A program made the translations under genes and the position numbers. This document shows positions 10,453-20,853 of a stretch of DNA of 64,000 nucleotides, piece by piece (position 1 is the first letter of the stretch; each line of letters opens with the position of its first letter). The DNA comes from a virus: positions 4,943 through 68,942 of the IMG/VR virus record IMGVR_UViG_3300017613_002552, one strand, 5' to 3'. The notes under the pieces are model-generated. The model was given only the letters and a program-made list of their open reading frames with translations, was not told where the DNA came from and ran no database searches.

Positions 10453-10796
10453 TGACAGGCAGAAAGTTCGATGAGAGGGACCTGCAAATCATAAGGGCCA
10501 TCGCAACAAACGACCCACCACCATCTTGCCAGGAGCTAATGAAGCTGACCGGATTCCTTTCAAGTTCCTCTGTGTTTGGCCGCCTTGAAAAACTGAAAGA
10601 CCTTGGCCTCATCGCTTGGAAGGAAGGGGAGTACGGGAAGAAAAAAAGGACCCTCACTGTCACTAGTGAGGGTCAGTTTTATGCTGATACCTATGTCACG
10701 GCAGAGGATGCCAGCCTACGCATCCACTGGCACCCCCCCCAAAGAAAGCTAACTGGCAGGCTTTTCTTGCGCGTCAAGAGAAAAAAGCCAAAATAG
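10452..10796 (+). CDS. LexA-N-terminal-like winged-HTH regulator lacking the peptidase domain
   Basis: PPSCQELMKLTGFLSSSSVFGRLEKLKDLGLI. Confidence 0.75.
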   Translation: MTGRKFDERDLQIIRAIATNDPPPSCQELMKLTGFLSSSSVFGRLEKLKDLGLIAWKEGEYGKKKRTLTVTSEGQFYADTYVTAEDASLRIHWHPPQRKLTGRLFLRVKRKKPK

Positions 10797-11354
10797 ATCG
10801 GAAAGGGTTGAGGTTGGCAACTGTTTTTCGCTTAGTGCCTCAATCCCAAGTGGCGCAACACCGATCTCTACCTCCCCCTCACCAATCTCCTCCATTGCCT
10901 TCTCCATCTCTTTCTCTGCATCCATTCTTGCTTCCCCGACGAGAATTTTGCCCTTGGCAACCGCATCGACAATGGTTTCCATTATGGCAAAAAAGTCTTC
11001 ATCTTCAAGTCCGGCGAGAGAAGTTGCAGCAGCCTCCCTATCCTTGCCATTCACGGCAGCAATTAGCCCCCTTTGGACCTTGCCGTTGGAGCCAGATAGC
11101 TCTATCCCTACGCCGTGCCTGTCAACGATCTCTTCCCTTTGCTTATCCCAAGCAACTGTGATTTGCTCGTGCTCATCCGCTATTTTTCTGTACATCATGC
11201 TGGCGTAAAGCTGCTTCAGGGGATTTTCCCAAGGGGAATCAAAAAAGACCGAGAGGGCAGAGGGAAGAAATCTGTCCTGTCCCGCGACCTTTCGCGGACT
11301 CATGGCCCTTCTCAGGCTCCTGATTTTAACCTTTACTGTCTTCTTGCTTTCCAT
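10749..11354 (-). CDS. hypothetical protein at the end of the tail arm
   Basis: AAGGAGGT SD, own promoter at 11381-11409. Confidence 0.75.
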   Translation of the reverse strand: MESKKTVKVKIRSLRRAMSPRKVAGQDRFLPSALSVFFDSPWENPLKQLYASMMYRKIADEHEQITVAWDKQREEIVDRHGVGIELSGSNGKVQRGLIAAVNGKDREAAATSLAGLEDEDFFAIMETIVDAVAKGKILVGEARMDAEKEMEKAMEEIGEGEVEIGVAPLGIEALSEKQLPTSTLSDLFWLFSLDAQEKPAS

Positions 11355-11380
11355 TTACCTACCTCCTTTTTAGTTCCTCT

Positions 11381-11409
11381 ATTATACCACAAACCAGCTA
11401 CAGGCGCAA
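11381..11409 (-). promoter_or_regulatory. sigma70-type promoter TTGCGC-N17-TATAAT with extended TG
   Basis: Read directly on the minus strand upstream of 11354. Confidence 0.7.
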
Positions 11410-11544
11410 GACCTCAACCGGTGACATATCGGGCGTTAAAGCACTCGCAATAGCCAACAAAAATGCTGCTTGAATGGCAGTGACAACAAATATAATGATG
11501 ATGCAGGCTATGACAGTACATATTGCCACTTGGTATTCCTTCAT
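11398..11544 (-). CDS. 48-aa single-TM membrane protein (not in ORF track)
   Basis: MKEYQVAICTVIACIIIIFVVTAIQAAFLLAIASALTPDMSPVEVLRL; ATGA overlap with tail fibre stop. Confidence 0.55.
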   Translation of the reverse strand: MKEYQVAICTVIACIIIIFVVTAIQAAFLLAIASALTPDMSPVEVLRL

Positions 11545-14500
11545 GCTTGACCCTTGAGCCTTTCGATTTCAAGTCTTTGCGTCTCTAGCTCTCTCTCATA
11601 TTTCAAGAAACGATCCTGAACCTCGCCGTAGAATTGACGAAGTGCATCCACGGTAAGCATTTGGAGCCCTCGCACCCCATACCAGACACTTCCATCTTCA
11701 TTGAAGGTCGCCACGCCAGTTTTCTCTAAAACTGGCCTTGCTTCATTTATGAACTCCCCCCATCGCTCCTTGAGCCCTGGAGCAGAGGCAGCGCGGAAGC
11801 CATGCAGGAGGGCCATGTCGTCGTATTCATCCCATGCCTCTTCAGCCACAGTTCCCTCCATGTGCAAGTCTCCGTCAGAGTCAAAGATGAATCTCGTATT
11901 TCCACCCGCCGCAATAGCAAGTATATTTTTATCGGCGGTTGGGTTTCCCCTTGTTGTGGTAGACTGTGAATACGTTTTCAGCATGATCGGCGCTACGCCA
12001 GCAGTACCTCTTGTATCTGTCTCTTGCCCAACGGCCTCAACTACAAATCCCTCTGCCTGACTCGCCGTTTCACAATACCCCTCGATTAACAACCCGCCAT
12101 AGCTTGAGCTAAATGGCTTCATGTTGCCAAATGTTTTCGTATCGGCGTCACCTGTCATTCCGTGCGCAACAGATGATCCTTGCAGTGCAAGAAATTCCTT
12201 TACTCCAGACAGATAAATATTCAAGCCATCATCCAGATATGTAGAGGAGTTTTGAAGAGAAAGGGTACTGCCAACCTGTACCGCCGTGTCATACGCGGTT
12301 ATCTTTCTTGCAGTATCTATCCTTAGAGCAGCGTGCGCGACATTTGAAGAATCCTCACTGTACAAATCTATTCCAGCACTGTCGTATGAGCCATTTGCGC
12401 TCGCCTGAACCATCACAAGGCTTCTGTCCGAACTGGTTGCAGGAGCGTAAGTACTGAGGGTGATGTAATAATCGCCGCTTATTACATTTGACCACAACTT
12501 TGCAATAGATGTCCCGCTGTCTACCCACTTAACAAGGTTAGCAACTCCCGCACCAGCGTTAATTGTGATTCCATCTGCATCAAGTGCAACTTCTCCGCTT
12601 CCAGCAACGAGGGTGCCATCTGTATCGATATAGAGAGTTGTTGTCTGTCCGCCACGGAACAACATCCGTCCGTTTGTGTAATCCCACTTGATGTTGGCCC
12701 TTGGTGAAACACCTGCCGTGTTGTCTCCGATGAGCATGTCGCCAGCAAGCATACCTTCAGTATTGTATGTTTGGTTATTCGCAAAAACTGAAAAATAAGT
12801 AGAGCCAGGAGATGAAATATCAGAGCCTATAAATATGTCTCCATCGTGTTGCCATCTACCTCTAACGGTAGAACCATACATAATTGATATTCCAGCATCG
12901 GCACCAGTTCCCACTTTAGTAAGAACATGCCCCGCATTTGAATATCCAGTTCTTGTGAAAATGGTCGATGAAGAATCAATCTCGAAATATATCAGCCCCC
13001 CGGCCTTCATCTTTAGGCTATCAGAGGCAACATGAACACTCTCACCACCAGACTCATCGCCAATGACTATTTCTCCAGCACTAACCACAAGCTGATCATC
13101 GCCGTCACTGTCATACATTGTAATAGCAGATGATGAAATATCCAAGTACGCTTCATCTGTGTCGCCAAGTGTCCAAGTCGCGGACGAAAGGCTACCAAGT
13201 ACCGTTGCCCCATCCTTGAACTCAATCGATGAGCCGTCAAGATACAAGTGCTCACTGTCAGGATCACTGAGCACGATATTTCCGGCGGAAAGCTGATTTG
13301 CGCCTGTGTAGGTTGTGCCCCACTCGACGGTAGCCGCAGCAATAGCGAATGCTTCCGCTCCGCTGTCATCCCAGGCATACAGGCCCTTGTTGTAGCCCAT
13401 GACCTTCGCGCCATCGTCATCGGCAAGCCAAAGTTCGTGATTCCCGCGCTTGACGGTAGGGGCCTGGCCGGTCTCGAAAAGCTGTCTCAACTCCGTTTCG
13501 GTCATGGCCCGGTCGAGCACCGCGACCCACTCACACGACTGGGCAGCATCGCCATCTGCAACCATCAGGTCGAGCCGTTCATCTGTGCCGCCGCCGCTGT
13601 TAAAACCGTCGCCAGGCGACACACTCACAGCGCTGGCCCAGGCATCGCCATACACAACCCCGTACCAATTCAGACTTGTTCCGTCCCAAGTTACTGCTAT
13701 GAAAACCGATTCACCCGCCTCGTAGTCAATGCTCTTCCCCTCCGTGTCCGTCCAAGGCGAATCGTTGTGGTCTACATAGTAGGCGGTTGTGCTGGTCGAT
13801 GTGTACCAGGTGCCAATCGCCAGGCTTGGGCTGGCGGTGTAATCCCCAATTTGAATTGGCCTAAATGGATAGCTTGAATATCCGCTACCGGCCACATAGG
13901 TAGCGGTGTCGTTCTCGTCAATGTGTGGGATGAACGAACCGACCACAGTAAACGAGTCCAGATTGACCGCGTTCTCTAGGCGAAGCTCTTCGACACCGGA
14001 CTGCACCGATGTTGAGTTGTGCGCTGTACCGCTCCAATCGACGCCATTCGCGGAACCAAATAGGAAGGGGCAAGGGACTGTCCCCGTCGTTAGAACCACT
14101 CCGTCGATGTCAATTTCTTCTCCGCTATCCAGGTAGAAAAGAACATACACAGCGACAGACCCGCTTGAAGCCGTTCGACCCTGAAGGTAGGCAAATGTCC
14201 ACTCGTCTTTGTCGCCGTCGCCGTAAGTGATATCGTAGGTTTGGGCCAGGGTAGCAGTACCCCCGCTGTCATACAGGCGAACACGAACATTATTGCCTTT
14301 CCGATACCAGAAAGAAACCACAACGTCCTTGTCGCCACCGACCGCAGGTGCGTACTGGTTGTAAAATGCCTGATTCGATGCAGTCGATGTAAGATTCGCG
14401 TATCCAGCACCAATAAACGGCTCATCCGTGCACCGAGTCGCAGTAAGGGAAGGACTCTTATTCCAAGAGTCTGTCACATTGACCCCAAATAGGCCATTTT

Positions 14501-17276
14501 TGATGTAATTCGTTCTAATGACATTGCCCCGACCGTGATACGCCTTCCCGGTGTTGCCGGGGACACCCATCGGTTCAGCGCCCGTAATCGTGGGGCGGGT
14601 GCCGTCAAAGGAATTGACATCAACCATGTAGTTCGTGACATAGGGCCTGCCGCCCTCGAAATTGCAGAACAACCTGGGATTCTCAAGACCAAACGTTGTT
14701 CCTGGGCCAATCAGCGTGTCCCCCATGACGGTAAGACCATCATCCCATGACCAACCCGCCGTCAACTTGCCTGCCGTAACCGTGCCCAGATGCGCCTTGA
14801 TGTCTGCCCCGTCTTGGCCCATCCAAATGCCACTACTCGCCAGATGCCCCGTTGGGTACGGCGTACCTATCGCAAGCGAAGGGTCAGATGGGTCAAGAAC
14901 AATCACATGATTGGTCCCATCGTGCATTCGCAGCGTGAGGTTTCGAAGCTCCGTCGCGGCGGTGGACATTCTCAGCCAAACATCGTCATCCCCAAAGAGC
15001 CCATCTCCCGCAAAGAGCCCGTACTCGTCGGTCCCAGTGATTCCCTCAAGTTGCCCAAGCCGCACCTTGGTCTTGCTGGCGCTGCCGAAATCGCCCCAAC
15101 TGTCCACATCGTCAAAGATGTCGATGAACGGCGCGTAGGTACTGGAGGCGTCCAGGTAGATTGCGCCTTCCCTGGCGGAGTCTGACGTGCTGCCAACACG
15201 AACCACAGTTCCACCAGCATCTAAGTCAGCCAGGCTCCCTGTGTCAACCGAGACCGTGTACTGGTACACAGTTTGTCCGTTCTTTGATACCCCGCCATCG
15301 GCGGAGCTAACAGTCATCTTGACTTCGGAGATACTGCCAGCGTCCAAATCGAAATCTTTGTACCAGAGCAAGTCTCCGGCCTGGAAGACGTTGTGCTTGC
15401 AAAAGATGTACGAGTTCCCTACATCGGCGGCATGGGTAATCTCTGAGCTATCCGCGATGAACAGGTAGCCATTGGTGGCCCTCACAATGTCATACTGGAA
15501 AATGTGGGTGCGCATTGTGCCGCGTACAGTGAGGTTGTCTACCTCAGCAAAGCTGGACGTGCCATCGTATTTGATTTCCCATCCAGCGCCGAACGACCCC
15601 GACGTGAACTCCGAGTAGGCACGCTTCCCGCTAGACCACTGCACGTCTGTTCCAGCGATTATATGCCCGGTTCCATCGGGCTGAATAGTCAAATCACCAT
15701 CCGAGGTTGTTGTGATGGTCCTTGAGCCACTAAATGCCAAGTTTCCTGAGATGGCAACAGCGCCGGTAAGCTGAATATCAGGGGCAGTGAATCCGAACCA
15801 GTTCTCAGCAGATACTAGAAAATCACCGCCAGTAGCCATCATAAAGGTACTGGCGTCGTCCATGTAGATGTAATGCCCATCCTCAACGGTCAGGTTGCCA
15901 TCCAGATTGACATTGCCCTCGAAGCCAGTCGTGCCAGTGACCTCCAGGTTGTAGCTACCGCTCGGCTCGGCCCCGATGCCTACGAACTCATCCAGGTAGT
16001 GATGCAGGCCATCATCAGCCACGTAGAGGCCAAAGTAGTTTGTAGGTAGCTCTGTGCCATAATGGGAGTAATGGAAGGCGTAGAAATTCGTCATGTCTCC
16101 AGGGCTCATATTATTGGTGTTGAGATAGACCTGAGCCCCGTAGGTGTCTGCGACTGTACCTGTGTTGTTGGACCCAATGTACAGCCTGAAAGCGCCACCG
16201 TACATGCGACTAACGTCTCCACCGTCGGCGGTGACATAGCTATTGAGGCCGTACAAATCCCAAACCTTACCCGTTGACCCCCACTTAACAGAGCCATAGT
16301 TGCCAGCAAGTTGAAGACCCGTATGGGTTCCGTCAATCTGAATGCTTGATAATACAGCAACGTACTGCCCCAGGTTAGACTGAGTTGTAATGTCTACATT
16401 GGCCGCAAATGTGTAAAAGCTATCTCGGTCGCTGAGTGAGCCTATGTACCCCACGCCAGCATGTGCGACTGGCGGAAAACCAAGAAACCCAATTGTGCCG
16501 GTCACGGCGACATCACCGTCAACATCTAGCTCATAGGACGGTGTACCCCCTATCCCAACGAAGCAATCAGTAAACACAACTTCGTCAGTGGCTTCATCGT
16601 TGAATACTAGTCGCCCTGCACCAGCGCCCAACCCAACAGCAGCGCCATCCTCAAGTACCAAGGACGCTGTATCTACAAGGTTAACGTCTTCGGCGAAGGT
16701 GTGATCTCCCAACCAGTCCAGGTCCTCGGAAGTATCAATAAAGACTACAATATCGTTTCCTGGCCCATTGTCCGCCAAGTCAATACCGAGACCACCGGAA
16801 AGCTCTCGTTCGTGAGTAAACACAGAAGATGGGGCAGTTGTAATAACCGGCGCTGAAATGAATTCTGCCGGATTCCAATCGTAAGTCGAGTACGTTCCAG
16901 CAGGAAAGCTCATATCCCCAAGAGAGTTCACAGAGAAAACAACATCTCTCGCAGAGTTCAGGACATTGAAGGAGGTCGCGCCGTGAATGTCTCCAAGTGT
17001 AACACCTGGAGCACTTGAACTTATTGGCCTATCTTGAATGAGGGCAACTGCCGTCACGCTCCCAAGTGGGCCAACATAGACCAAGAGCCTAGACCTTGAG
17101 TTTAGGACCAGTTGCGGATCGATACTCCCAAGGCCAGCAACAACGGTCAGTGAGGTAGAACGCAAGCGAATTGTTGCTTGCCGTGTTTCTGTATGAACCT
17201 CAAGCACATCTGCCTCTCGCAGCGTGCCTTCTTGCACCATTTCTTTTACTAGGCTAAGTGGATCATCTTTTCTCAT
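11541..17276 (-). CDS. large tail fibre / receptor-binding protein
   Basis: 1911 aa beta-rich; CBM-like (NYIKNGLFG) and LamG-like segments; C-terminal coiled coil resembling an intramolecular chaperone; last gene of tail operon. Confidence 0.8.
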   Translation of the reverse strand: MRKDDPLSLVKEMVQEGTLREADVLEVHTETRQATIRLRSTSLTVVAGLGSIDPQLVLNSRSRLLVYVGPLGSVTAVALIQDRPISSSAPGVTLGDIHGATSFNVLNSARDVVFSVNSLGDMSFPAGTYSTYDWNPAEFISAPVITTAPSSVFTHERELSGGLGIDLADNGPGNDIVVFIDTSEDLDWLGDHTFAEDVNLVDTASLVLEDGAAVGLGAGAGRLVFNDEATDEVVFTDCFVGIGGTPSYELDVDGDVAVTGTIGFLGFPPVAHAGVGYIGSLSDRDSFYTFAANVDITTQSNLGQYVAVLSSIQIDGTHTGLQLAGNYGSVKWGSTGKVWDLYGLNSYVTADGGDVSRMYGGAFRLYIGSNNTGTVADTYGAQVYLNTNNMSPGDMTNFYAFHYSHYGTELPTNYFGLYVADDGLHHYLDEFVGIGAEPSGSYNLEVTGTTGFEGNVNLDGNLTVEDGHYIYMDDASTFMMATGGDFLVSAENWFGFTAPDIQLTGAVAISGNLAFSGSRTITTTSDGDLTIQPDGTGHIIAGTDVQWSSGKRAYSEFTSGSFGAGWEIKYDGTSSFAEVDNLTVRGTMRTHIFQYDIVRATNGYLFIADSSEITHAADVGNSYIFCKHNVFQAGDLLWYKDFDLDAGSISEVKMTVSSADGGVSKNGQTVYQYTVSVDTGSLADLDAGGTVVRVGSTSDSAREGAIYLDASSTYAPFIDIFDDVDSWGDFGSASKTKVRLGQLEGITGTDEYGLFAGDGLFGDDDVWLRMSTAATELRNLTLRMHDGTNHVIVLDPSDPSLAIGTPYPTGHLASSGIWMGQDGADIKAHLGTVTAGKLTAGWSWDDGLTVMGDTLIGPGTTFGLENPRLFCNFEGGRPYVTNYMVDVNSFDGTRPTITGAEPMGVPGNTGKAYHGRGNVIRTNYIKNGLFGVNVTDSWNKSPSLTATRCTDEPFIGAGYANLTSTASNQAFYNQYAPAVGGDKDVVVSFWYRKGNNVRVRLYDSGGTATLAQTYDITYGDGDKDEWTFAYLQGRTASSGSVAVYVLFYLDSGEEIDIDGVVLTTGTVPCPFLFGSANGVDWSGTAHNSTSVQSGVEELRLENAVNLDSFTVVGSFIPHIDENDTATYVAGSGYSSYPFRPIQIGDYTASPSLAIGTWYTSTSTTAYYVDHNDSPWTDTEGKSIDYEAGESVFIAVTWDGTSLNWYGVVYGDAWASAVSVSPGDGFNSGGGTDERLDLMVADGDAAQSCEWVAVLDRAMTETELRQLFETGQAPTVKRGNHELWLADDDGAKVMGYNKGLYAWDDSGAEAFAIAAATVEWGTTYTGANQLSAGNIVLSDPDSEHLYLDGSSIEFKDGATVLGSLSSATWTLGDTDEAYLDISSSAITMYDSDGDDQLVVSAGEIVIGDESGGESVHVASDSLKMKAGGLIYFEIDSSSTIFTRTGYSNAGHVLTKVGTGADAGISIMYGSTVRGRWQHDGDIFIGSDISSPGSTYFSVFANNQTYNTEGMLAGDMLIGDNTAGVSPRANIKWDYTNGRMLFRGGQTTTLYIDTDGTLVAGSGEVALDADGITINAGAGVANLVKWVDSGTSIAKLWSNVISGDYYITLSTYAPATSSDRSLVMVQASANGSYDSAGIDLYSEDSSNVAHAALRIDTARKITAYDTAVQVGSTLSLQNSSTYLDDGLNIYLSGVKEFLALQGSSVAHGMTGDADTKTFGNMKPFSSSYGGLLIEGYCETASQAEGFVVEAVGQETDTRGTAGVAPIMLKTYSQSTTTRGNPTADKNILAIAAGGNTRFIFDSDGDLHMEGTVAEEAWDEYDDMALLHGFRAASAPGLKERWGEFINEARPVLEKTGVATFNEDGSVWYGVRGLQMLTVDALRQFYGEVQDRFLKYERELETQRLEIERLKGQA

Positions 17277-20200
17277 GGCGTCTCGCTGTCCACATCCTGT
17301 AGATTTTGCAGTGACATTTCATATTTGCCGCTGCCGATCACTTCACTTATTGAGAAAGCCCGGCGAGAGAAGGGTGTCCCGGTTGGCACCCTCGCCGTCT
17401 GTATCACATCGCACAACTCAAGTCCTGGGTGTCCATTTATGGACATTCTCTCATCTGTAATTCGTTGCGATCTCGCAACCTCCGCCTCGGCACGCTCAAG
17501 GCAAGCAACTCTAGTTCTCAGAACATTATCCTGCTGGTAGCCCCACTTGTGCCCAAGCAATTCTGCACCCCAATTACCATCCCGGCTCTCACCATAGGCA
17601 TTACTGCCCACTACACGAGAGATCGACAATAATCTATCTGGCCTCCTTGAGATATCGATCTCGTGCATTATACTCCTTGCATCAAGATCAACGTCCGTTC
17701 CATCGAAGATGCCAAACGTAAGCTCACCATCGCCGTTACAGAAAAACAAACCGTGTTCGTGCTTGCTGGCAATTTGCAACATGATCGATGCAATTGTATC
17801 ATCCGGCTTTACTATCACTGCATCGATTGGATTGTAGAATCCATCGGCCACAAAGGTATCGTGATTTGACGGAGAGCCAACTTGAGCATCGGAGAACAAG
17901 CCAATATACCCCTCGCTGAATGAGGTATCGTATGCCATTGCAAGGAGTCTGCCATCGACAAACATGGTCAGGTAGCCACCACGAAGACAGAAAAGAACCT
18001 CGACCGTTCCGCTAAGTGTAACCGGCATGGAAAAGAGCGTTGACCACGCCGTGTCTTTTTTTCGTATCTCGGCAACGGTTGAGGAGACAACGGCAGCATA
18101 GCACTCTGTTATCCCATCATCTGCCCTGGCTATGATTCCGGTCTCCTCTGCCAGCACCGCAAGGGTTGCCTTGAAAACAATGTCCGTTGCTGATAAATCT
18201 GAACGCAACACAGTTGGATCAGTAGAGCTTCTATAGCCCTGCGCGTATCCACCAGAAACAGACCATGTACCATCTACACCAGGAGTATCCCAGGAAGAAG
18301 AGAATGAAGTGCCAGGGAAGGCGTCGTTTGCTTCCATGACTTCATCTGTCTCAAGTCCTGCTGAACCAGCAAGGTAGGCCATTATATCTGAACCGGAAAG
18401 CGGCGGGTACATGGAGTAAATCCCAACATTGTCAAATCGAACCGTTGAAGAGCTTCCCTCTGGTATTTCGCAGTACAGACCAGCATAGCCGTTAAACCCA
18501 AGATTCTTTGCAGAGCCGCTTGCGTCAAGATCAGACAGCGCTTCGACCCAACTGATTCCGTCTGTTGAGTAATGAGCACCAAGGCGACCATGTTTCAGTG
18601 TAGCCATGATCCAATAATCTGTGTCGGCGGACCAGCCAAGTGGACTGGAAGACATAGCGATAAGATCGTAATCCCAATTTGTTACATTGAGGCGATAAGC
18701 TTCAACCCTGTCGGATGTTTCATTGTATCTGACAAGAAGCGCCATTGCCACACCATCAGAGTTTGTCCTATAGTGGACGAGCAGGCCCATTTTGATGTCT
18801 GTAATATCCGCCTGCGCATTCACCTTCGCCATTACAATGTGAGCGTCGTCAGCGTCGTAGCCAGCAATGATCATCGAGGTCTTATCTGCTTCAGTTGCCT
18901 CAAGGGTACCTGAGGCGATTTGCCACACGCCGCTCTGGGAAACAAAAAGATCGATATCTAACTCGTCTGAAAAGTCTGTGTAAAACATATTCTGACCAAG
19001 TAGTAAGTGGGGCTTCCCGCTCTTTGATGCAGTTGCCCTTGAGAATAGATCGAGCGCTTCCACGGCAACCGCCCCGCCGATTCCTGGCCTATCGGCGACC
19101 GCTGTGATTTGACCGGTGAACCTCTGCTGCAACTCTTCTCCCGCCGCTGTCATGTATCCGCAGGAGACCCTTAGAATCGAGCCGCCCTTCAATAAAGCGC
19201 CATCGTTGTAAAGCCCACCAATGTCAGTGACGGCAATGCCCGTTTTGGCAGCGACTAGCGCGGATTGATCTATACTGATATCGTTCTGGACATCATTTGT
19301 CAGTTCGGTCTCATTTGGCGTAGAACCAAACCACGAAGAAGCAGGAGTTAGATAAACCAAAGTATCTGTTGATCTAGCTACTGGTATGCAAATATAGCCG
19401 CTGTCTTCAGCAATTCCAGCTATTTCATCTGTGCTCTTAAGAGATAGACCAGTCGGAACCATGTGAAAGGATTTCACATCCGAAGTTCTAGCAATAAAGA
19501 ATTCGTATACAGAATCAGCACCATATTCATCGGCAGCGAAAATGTACTTCTCCACAACACCAGCAAACATGAAGCCGTTTGTCCACCTTGAGAGACCGGC
19601 GAGAGAGAGGATGTAGTCGAGATTCGTTGGAAGCCCACCAAACACAGGCTCTACAATGCCCCAGGTCTCGTTCTTGCACCTTGTCCTGAAAGACCACTCC
19701 CAACCATCTTCTTGATAACCCTTTATTGCGTTGATTGCCAGGGAATGATCGCTTTCGTCATTTGCATCTTCCCTAGCATGAATTTGCCACGAATAACCTC
19801 CGTAACTGAAGATGAAATTGCTTCCGCAATCCCACGCACCATCATCTGACCAGGACCCGACCTTGCTCGGCCTAGATGCTCTGTAGATAGTCGTATTATA
19901 CGCAATGCCCTCATAGGCGAAAAAGTAAATGGTGTTTATGTTGGCAATGCTAACCATGTAGGTATCCAGACTTGAATCGCCGGTATCAACTATTTCATAG
20001 TCCGATCCCCAAGTCTGGCCGCCATCATCTGACTCAATTCCTCGCACAGTTCCATCATCCATGCCATATATCACAAGGATGTCATCGCCATCTACGAAGG
20101 CATCGTGATTTCTAACAGAGGATGTAGACAGGGATGTAACAAGATTTGACCAACCAGAATCCCAATCAGAAGATTGGGTAACACCTGTCATTCTCTTGTA

Positions 20201-20419
20201 CTGAATTGCCGTGTCCGGTGAATCGTGACCAGTGGCAAAAAAGTAGTCATCTCCTTCCTGGAGTCGGCGAACGGCGACGGAGCAAGTTAGACCATCAATA
20301 GCTTCCATTTCCAGCGAGACAGGCTCGACCGTAACAGAAAAGATAGAGCTACGGCTCCTCTCTGAGACAGCAGCCTCAAGTGTCGAAGAGATGTCTATCA
20401 CGGAACTGCATACCCCCAA
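17273..20419 (-). CDS. minor tail / baseplate hub protein with Asp-box and lectin-like domains
   Basis: SDDGGQTW and STDGISW Asp-boxes; hub-like GHPGLELCDVI C-terminus; position after Dit. Confidence 0.75.
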   Translation of the reverse strand: MGVCSSVIDISSTLEAAVSERSRSSIFSVTVEPVSLEMEAIDGLTCSVAVRRLQEGDDYFFATGHDSPDTAIQYKRMTGVTQSSDWDSGWSNLVTSLSTSSVRNHDAFVDGDDILVIYGMDDGTVRGIESDDGGQTWGSDYEIVDTGDSSLDTYMVSIANINTIYFFAYEGIAYNTTIYRASRPSKVGSWSDDGAWDCGSNFIFSYGGYSWQIHAREDANDESDHSLAINAIKGYQEDGWEWSFRTRCKNETWGIVEPVFGGLPTNLDYILSLAGLSRWTNGFMFAGVVEKYIFAADEYGADSVYEFFIARTSDVKSFHMVPTGLSLKSTDEIAGIAEDSGYICIPVARSTDTLVYLTPASSWFGSTPNETELTNDVQNDISIDQSALVAAKTGIAVTDIGGLYNDGALLKGGSILRVSCGYMTAAGEELQQRFTGQITAVADRPGIGGAVAVEALDLFSRATASKSGKPHLLLGQNMFYTDFSDELDIDLFVSQSGVWQIASGTLEATEADKTSMIIAGYDADDAHIVMAKVNAQADITDIKMGLLVHYRTNSDGVAMALLVRYNETSDRVEAYRLNVTNWDYDLIAMSSSPLGWSADTDYWIMATLKHGRLGAHYSTDGISWVEALSDLDASGSAKNLGFNGYAGLYCEIPEGSSSTVRFDNVGIYSMYPPLSGSDIMAYLAGSAGLETDEVMEANDAFPGTSFSSSWDTPGVDGTWSVSGGYAQGYRSSTDPTVLRSDLSATDIVFKATLAVLAEETGIIARADDGITECYAAVVSSTVAEIRKKDTAWSTLFSMPVTLSGTVEVLFCLRGGYLTMFVDGRLLAMAYDTSFSEGYIGLFSDAQVGSPSNHDTFVADGFYNPIDAVIVKPDDTIASIMLQIASKHEHGLFFCNGDGELTFGIFDGTDVDLDARSIMHEIDISRRPDRLLSISRVVGSNAYGESRDGNWGAELLGHKWGYQQDNVLRTRVACLERAEAEVARSQRITDERMSINGHPGLELCDVIQTARVPTGTPFSRRAFSISEVIGSGKYEMSLQNLQDVDSETP

Positions 20420-20853
20420 AGCTCAACCGGTATCTGCCATATACCTGGATCGTTGTTGTAGGGAACTTCCCAATCGATCTTCATAACAACGTAATGGGTA
20501 TAGGTGCCTGAGAAATCTTGGTCAGCCGAGATATCGTAGAACTCAAGCCAGTCGTATGGCGGGACTTTATCCGCAGAAGTATGCAAGTCGTCTCTTGTTC
20601 CGACATCCCAACTGGCACCCTGGACATCAACAAGGTCCGCTGTGGATGGAGCAATGATGTTAAACTTGTGCCTAGTCTTCCCTGTGTTTTGGATTTGCCT
20701 GTCAACTTCACCACTTGCAAGATAGTTCTCTTGAATCCTTTTCTCATCGTGCAGAAAATTGTACGTGCCGCCAAGGATGAAGTAAATCTTACCGTCAAGC
20801 TGCACGACCGGTATCCGTCTTTGCTCTCCCTGTATTGTTACGGTGACGCCCAT
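20398..20853 (-). CDS. putative distal tail protein
   Basis: 151 aa immediately downstream of the tape measure gene. Confidence 0.55.
   Translation of the reverse strand: MGVTVTIQGEQRRIPVVQLDGKIYFILGGTYNFLHDEKRIQENYLASGEVDRQIQNTGKTRHKFNIIAPSTADLVDVQGASWDVGTRDDLHTSADKVPPYDWLEFYDISADQDFSGTYTHYVVMKIDWEVPYNNDPGIWQIPVELWGYAVP

Noticed and set aside
11541-17276. Diversity-generating retroelement targeting the tail fibre
   Set aside because: No reverse transcriptase and no TR/VR pair differing at adenines was seen
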